NCBI GenBank assembly: GCA_964473105.1
Contig: CAYYNQ010000042.1
Location: forward strand, 58,507-122,506
Length of the DNA stretch: 64,000 nt
Direction: 5' to 3'
From: an uncultured Candidatus Sumerlaeota bacterium
GTDB taxonomy: Bacteria; Sumerlaeota; Sumerlaeia; MVZB01
Of this stretch, positions 60,205-64,000 are shown one piece after another. The notes beneath the pieces are model-generated. The model had not been told where the DNA came from, made no database searches, and saw nothing but the letters and a program-made list of their open reading frames with translations. Every line of letters starts with the position of its first letter. Position 1 is the stretch's first letter. The position numbers and the translations under genes were made by a program.

Positions 60205-61068
60205 ATGGGTGAAATACAGATAATGGGTTTTGTGCTGGAACCCAAGGCATTGCTGGCCGGTTTTTTCCTCGCCGGGCTGTGGATCGCCGAGGGTTTTGTC
60301 CCCTTCTACGCGAAGTTTACGAAGAGCCTTCGGCAGCGTGTGCGCCATGATGCCAGGAATCTGTGTATCGGCATCTGCAATGCGCTCTTGCTGGGATTTT
60401 TATTTGGTGGCTCACTTATCATGGTTGACCGGTGGGCCGAGGACAGCCGGCTGGGCTTGCTGCGTCTGTTACAGTTAAAACATGTGATCGAATTGCCCCT
60501 GGCTATTGTCCTGTTTGATCTGTGGATGTATCTCTGGCACCGGGCAAATCACAGGATCCCGTTTCTCTGGCGGTTTCACCGTATGCATCACAGTGATCCC
60601 GATATGGATGCGTCCACCGCCCTTCGCTTTCACCCGGGAGAGGTGATCCTGTCGTCAGCCATCCGCATGGTTGTCCTGCCGCTGCTGGGGATGACACTTA
60701 TGCAGCTGGCAATTTATGAGGCAATCCTACTGCCTGTCATTCTGTTTCACCATTCCAACGTCCGGTTGCCACGCTGGTTTGAATACGGTCTGCTGGGGCT
60801 GGTTGTCACACCCGCGATGCATCGTGTGCACCACAGCCGCTGGAAACCTGAAACAGATTCAAATTACGGGTCCATTTTCCCATGGTGGGATTGGCTGATG
60901 GGTACGTTACGGCTGTGTTCGGACACCCGTGACATCCGCTTGGGACTGGACGATTTTGATGAAGTCAGGTGGCAACAGTTCCATGGCCTGCTGGAAACCC
61001 CGTTGAAAAATATCCACTCCTCGTGCGAGGCAGGATCCTCCCCTCAAAAAGATCATCCCCCCCCCTGA
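60205..61068 (+). CDS. Sterol desaturase / fatty acid hydroxylase family membrane protein
   Basis: His boxes WHRANH, FHRMHHSD, FHHSN, HRVHHS; SNYG..F.WWD. Confidence 0.92.
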   Translation: MGEIQIMGFVLEPKALLAGFFLAGLWIAEGFVPFYAKFTKSLRQRVRHDARNLCIGICNALLLGFLFGGSLIMVDRWAEDSRLGLLRLLQLKHVIELPLAIVLFDLWMYLWHRANHRIPFLWRFHRMHHSDPDMDASTALRFHPGEVILSSAIRMVVLPLLGMTLMQLAIYEAILLPVILFHHSNVRLPRWFEYGLLGLVVTPAMHRVHHSRWKPETDSNYGSIFPWWDWLMGTLRLCSDTRDIRLGLDDFDEVRWQQFHGLLETPLKNIHSSCEAGSSPQKDHPPP

Positions 61069-61203
61069 AGGATTCCCATTGCAGTTATTGTGATGTCGAT
61101 GACCGTCTTGCCCGGGGTATGGGTGGACGAGGTTCTACGAATAAGTATGTGTCAGGGCATTTTCTGAATCAGTTCGGGTGTCATGCCTCTGCCCATTTGG
61201 TTT

Positions 61204-61560
61204 TCATGACTTGTTGGGACCACTCCGGGTAAGCGCAAAACGAACTTTCACATTAATCAGTATGCCGCCAACCTCCGGAACGGGATAAACCAGAAAGTTG
61301 ATTGGACCTGATTTCGGACCCGGTTCAACAACGATATCCTGCACCCGGCTGAATCCGATGCGGTTTGCCGGGTGATGTCCGCAAAAATAGATGGATAGGG
61401 TGGTGCACTTTTCGGCCTCGCTTATGTCAATCGTCCATCATTGTCCATCGGTATGAAACTCGGCCCAGCGGTGGTAGCAGCTGATTCCGTCCTCATCCCT
61501 TATGGAGGGGATTTGATGTACCGATGGCGAAACGTGCGGGGATTCCGACAGCCTAGACGA
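61204..61560 (-). pseudogene. Remnant of a transglutaminase-like domain gene (C-terminal part only)
   Basis: Manual translation: AVGIPARFAIG, a frameshift, then YHRWAEFHTDGQ*WTIDISEA...GHHPANRIGFSR...GPINFLVYP; internal stop; no 5' half. Confidence 0.75.
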
Positions 61561-61859
61561 TAGGCATCCTTGACCTTAACCCGTAATCATGTCTTGTCAC
61601 GCTTTTGCTCCCAAATATTGCAAGCTGATTTTGGGGATTTCACCCATGGTCATCAAGCCCTCTTTTCAGCCTCGTGCTACAATGAGCTTAGATCGGGTTC
61701 TTATGCCCTGTGCTTGTCATCGGCGCGGTTATGTTCTCGTGCGAGAGCGTAAAGAAAGGGCCAAGATACGGGAGTTTTCTTGCCCGCCATGATACCATGT
61801 ATCCTGCCCGTAAACTCTCTTGAGTGATCTGTCAAGTCCTGTATATTGAATAATATGCC

Positions 61860-64000
61860 ATGCGGCAGATTGAATACTTTGCTGCCGCCGGATCAACAGT
61901 CAGCCGGATCTTTTTGATGTCCAATGCTCAAGTCCTGATGTCCTTGATTCGTCTGATCCTCTTTATTTCCCCATTTTGCATGATTCAGGCGCCTGCAATG
62001 GCGACCGTGTTCGATCAGGAGTCGGGCGAACAAGGGCTGCAGGGCCTTCCGTATGCACTGAAAAGGCTGAGTGTCGTCACCAGTGTCATGCACACGATCG
62101 CGCATCCTGATGACGAAAATGCCGGACTACTGGCTTGGCTCGGACGGGGACGGCATGTGCGCACGATTCTGCTGACCGCGACCGCGGGTGAAGGTGGCCA
62201 GAATCGGATTGGGACGGAAAAAGGGGAGGCACTTGGGATCCTTCGTTCGGGTGAACTGATTTCGGCATGCCGCTACTATGGCGCCAAACCATATTTTGCC
62301 GGCGCATATGATTTTGGTTACTCAAAATCACCCGTGGAAACCCTGCTGTTCTGGGGTCATGATTACATCCTTGGGGAATTTGTTCGAGGGATCCGCAAGG
62401 AACGGCCGGATATCATCATTGCAAGATTTGCGGGCACGCCGGAGGATGGTCACGGGCATCACCAGGCAGTTGGAAAAATTACAATCGAGGCTTTTCATGC
62501 CGCAGCCGACCCGACCCGGTTCCCAGAGCATCTGCAGGAAGGTTTGCGTCCCTGGCAGGTCAAGAAAATTTATCTGGACGACTGGTCCGGCCGGGGCCAA
62601 TTTCCTGAAAACCTTTCCCGCCACAGGATCGATCTCAGTGGGTCGGATCCCTATTCAGAATTTACCTGGAATGAATTGGGCATCAAGGGCATGCAGCAGC
62701 ATATATCGCAGGGGATGGCCGAAATCCGTCCACAACCGGGGACGATTCGGACGATGCTTCACTTATTGGACGGTGTCCATGAAATACCGGGGGGGAGTGA
62801 TGATTTATTCTGTGGTATCGATACCTCCATTATGGGAATTGCAGGTAGAATCGGTGTTGGGAGGAACGATGTGCCGGTTCTTGTCAGGGCATTGGAACAG
62901 ATCCAGGAGGCGGCAGGGGAGGCATGGGTATCCTTCGGCGAGAGAAATCGGGAACGTGTGACAATGCACATATGCAGGGGTTTAAAGGAACTGGATGGAC
63001 TGATCAGGGGAATTGATGCCTTCAGTCTCGATCGGGTGGCCTCGGAGGAACTGCTGTTCTACCTACGATGGAAGAAACGGGATTTTAACCATGCATTGCA
63101 GCGGGCAATAAACCTGCAGGTTGAAGCGAGGGCCGACAGGGCCTGTGTTACGCCCGGTGAAACGTTCACGATCACAACAGCGGTTCACAACAACGGACCT
63201 TTTCCCATAAAGCTGAATAGGGTTGCGCTGGATGTTCCACGTGGGTGGAATACCGAAAATACCGAAACAAACTGGGCTATCCTGCTATCTGGCGATCATG
63301 TCAAATCAGAGAACACGGTGATGCTGTCAGCGGATGTGGATTATACAGGATCCGGCGCCACTTCTGTGGTGGAGGCCGTGATAAACGATACGGAATTCAG
63401 TCTCAGCAGAGTTGTTCGGGCGCCTGGGATTAATTCCTCCCGGGGTATTCAACCCAGGGACATGCAGGTCGTTCCTCCCGTCTCCGTCGAAATTAATCCC
63501 GGTATGATGATACTCGCCCCGGACCCGGAGGACAGGGATATAAATATTGCCGTGAACATTTCCAGTCACGTCTCCGGGAATCTTAGCGGGGTGGTTCAAT
63601 TACAGGCGCCGGGCGGTTGGCGTGTTGAACCGGAACTAGCCCGGTTTGACTGTGAAAATGCGGCCGGCCAAGATTTGGTGGGATTCCATGTCTCAATACC
63701 GAGGGATTCCCTTTCTGACTCGGCCCTTATCAGGGCCGAAGCGATATTGAACGGCCAGACATACGATTCATTTTTACAGAGCATTGATTTAGATCATATT
63801 GGAGTGTTCCACGTGTCTCGACCTGCGGAATCGAAAATCCAATTTGTTGAGTTGGAACGGGTAGCAGGCCTTCGTGTCGGTTATATCCGGGGCTTGCAGG
63901 ACGAAATCCCTGATTATTTGCAGATGGTTGGGATTAGTTGTGACCTACTTACCGAAGTCAATCTCGAGGTCGGAAACCTGGCTGAGTATGACGTGATCGT
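61860..64000 (+). CDS. PIG-L/LmbE family deacetylase, large exported type (partial, runs off the window)
   Basis: Manual translation: IAHPDDE, TAGEGGQN, DFGYSKS, GHGHHQ, LRPWQVKKIY, ending VGYIRG...YDVI; absent from the ORF track, consistent with no stop inside the window; start 61860, 61917 or 61938. Confidence 0.9.
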   Translation, partial: MRQIEYFAAAGSTVSRIFLMSNAQVLMSLIRLILFISPFCMIQAPAMATVFDQESGEQGLQGLPYALKRLSVVTSVMHTIAHPDDENAGLLAWLGRGRHVRTILLTATAGEGGQNRIGTEKGEALGILRSGELISACRYYGAKPYFAGAYDFGYSKSPVETLLFWGHDYILGEFVRGIRKERPDIIIARFAGTPEDGHGHHQAVGKITIEAFHAAADPTRFPEHLQEGLRPWQVKKIYLDDWSGRGQFPENLSRHRIDLSGSDPYSEFTWNELGIKGMQQHISQGMAEIRPQPGTIRTMLHLLDGVHEIPGGSDDLFCGIDTSIMGIAGRIGVGRNDVPVLVRALEQIQEAAGEAWVSFGERNRERVTMHICRGLKELDGLIRGIDAFSLDRVASEELLFYLRWKKRDFNHALQRAINLQVEARADRACVTPGETFTITTAVHNNGPFPIKLNRVALDVPRGWNTENTETNWAILLSGDHVKSENTVMLSADVDYTGSGATSVVEAVINDTEFSLSRVVRAPGINSSRGIQPRDMQVVPPVSVEINPGMMILAPDPEDRDINIAVNISSHVSGNLSGVVQLQAPGGWRVEPELARFDCENAAGQDLVGFHVSIPRDSLSDSALIRAEAILNGQTYDSFLQSIDLDHIGVFHVSRPAESKIQFVELERVAGLRVGYIRGLQDEIPDYLQMVGISCDLLTEVNLEVGNLAEYDVI

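Overview
A gene-dense bacterial chromosomal window. The first ~46 kb is mostly housekeeping: dnaB, pdxH, tsaD, ferritin, rpsO-pnp, fmt, rodA, an aceE-aceF-lpdA-sucA-sucB cluster, rtcB, aconitase, moeA and moaC. These are mixed with envelope and secreted-protein genes. After a tRNA-Gly(TCC) at 46004-46078 the content looks accessory: an FkbM methyltransferase, two gene remnants, a sugar ABC transporter, two glycosidases, a Tat sulfatase, a metallophosphoesterase, a sterol-desaturase-family gene and a PIG-L/LmbE gene running off the right edge. I saw no CRISPR array, rRNA, integrase or transposase. The leads most worth testing are: (1) a short C-terminal T-[AS]-[VA]-x(2-4)-W-x-x-Y tail shared by two unrelated secreted proteins, a candidate lineage-specific sorting signal; (2) a purple-acid-phosphatase-like enzyme that keeps all Fe(III) ligands but has all three M(II)-specific ligands replaced; (3) a ~200-nt structured rpsO leader with SD, anti-SD and anti-anti-SD elements, plus a ~133-nt hairpin between rpsO and pnp; (4) a joint PDH/ODH cluster with one E3 whose E2o has no visible E3-binding domain. 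All product calls come from motif recognition by eye; no database search was run.
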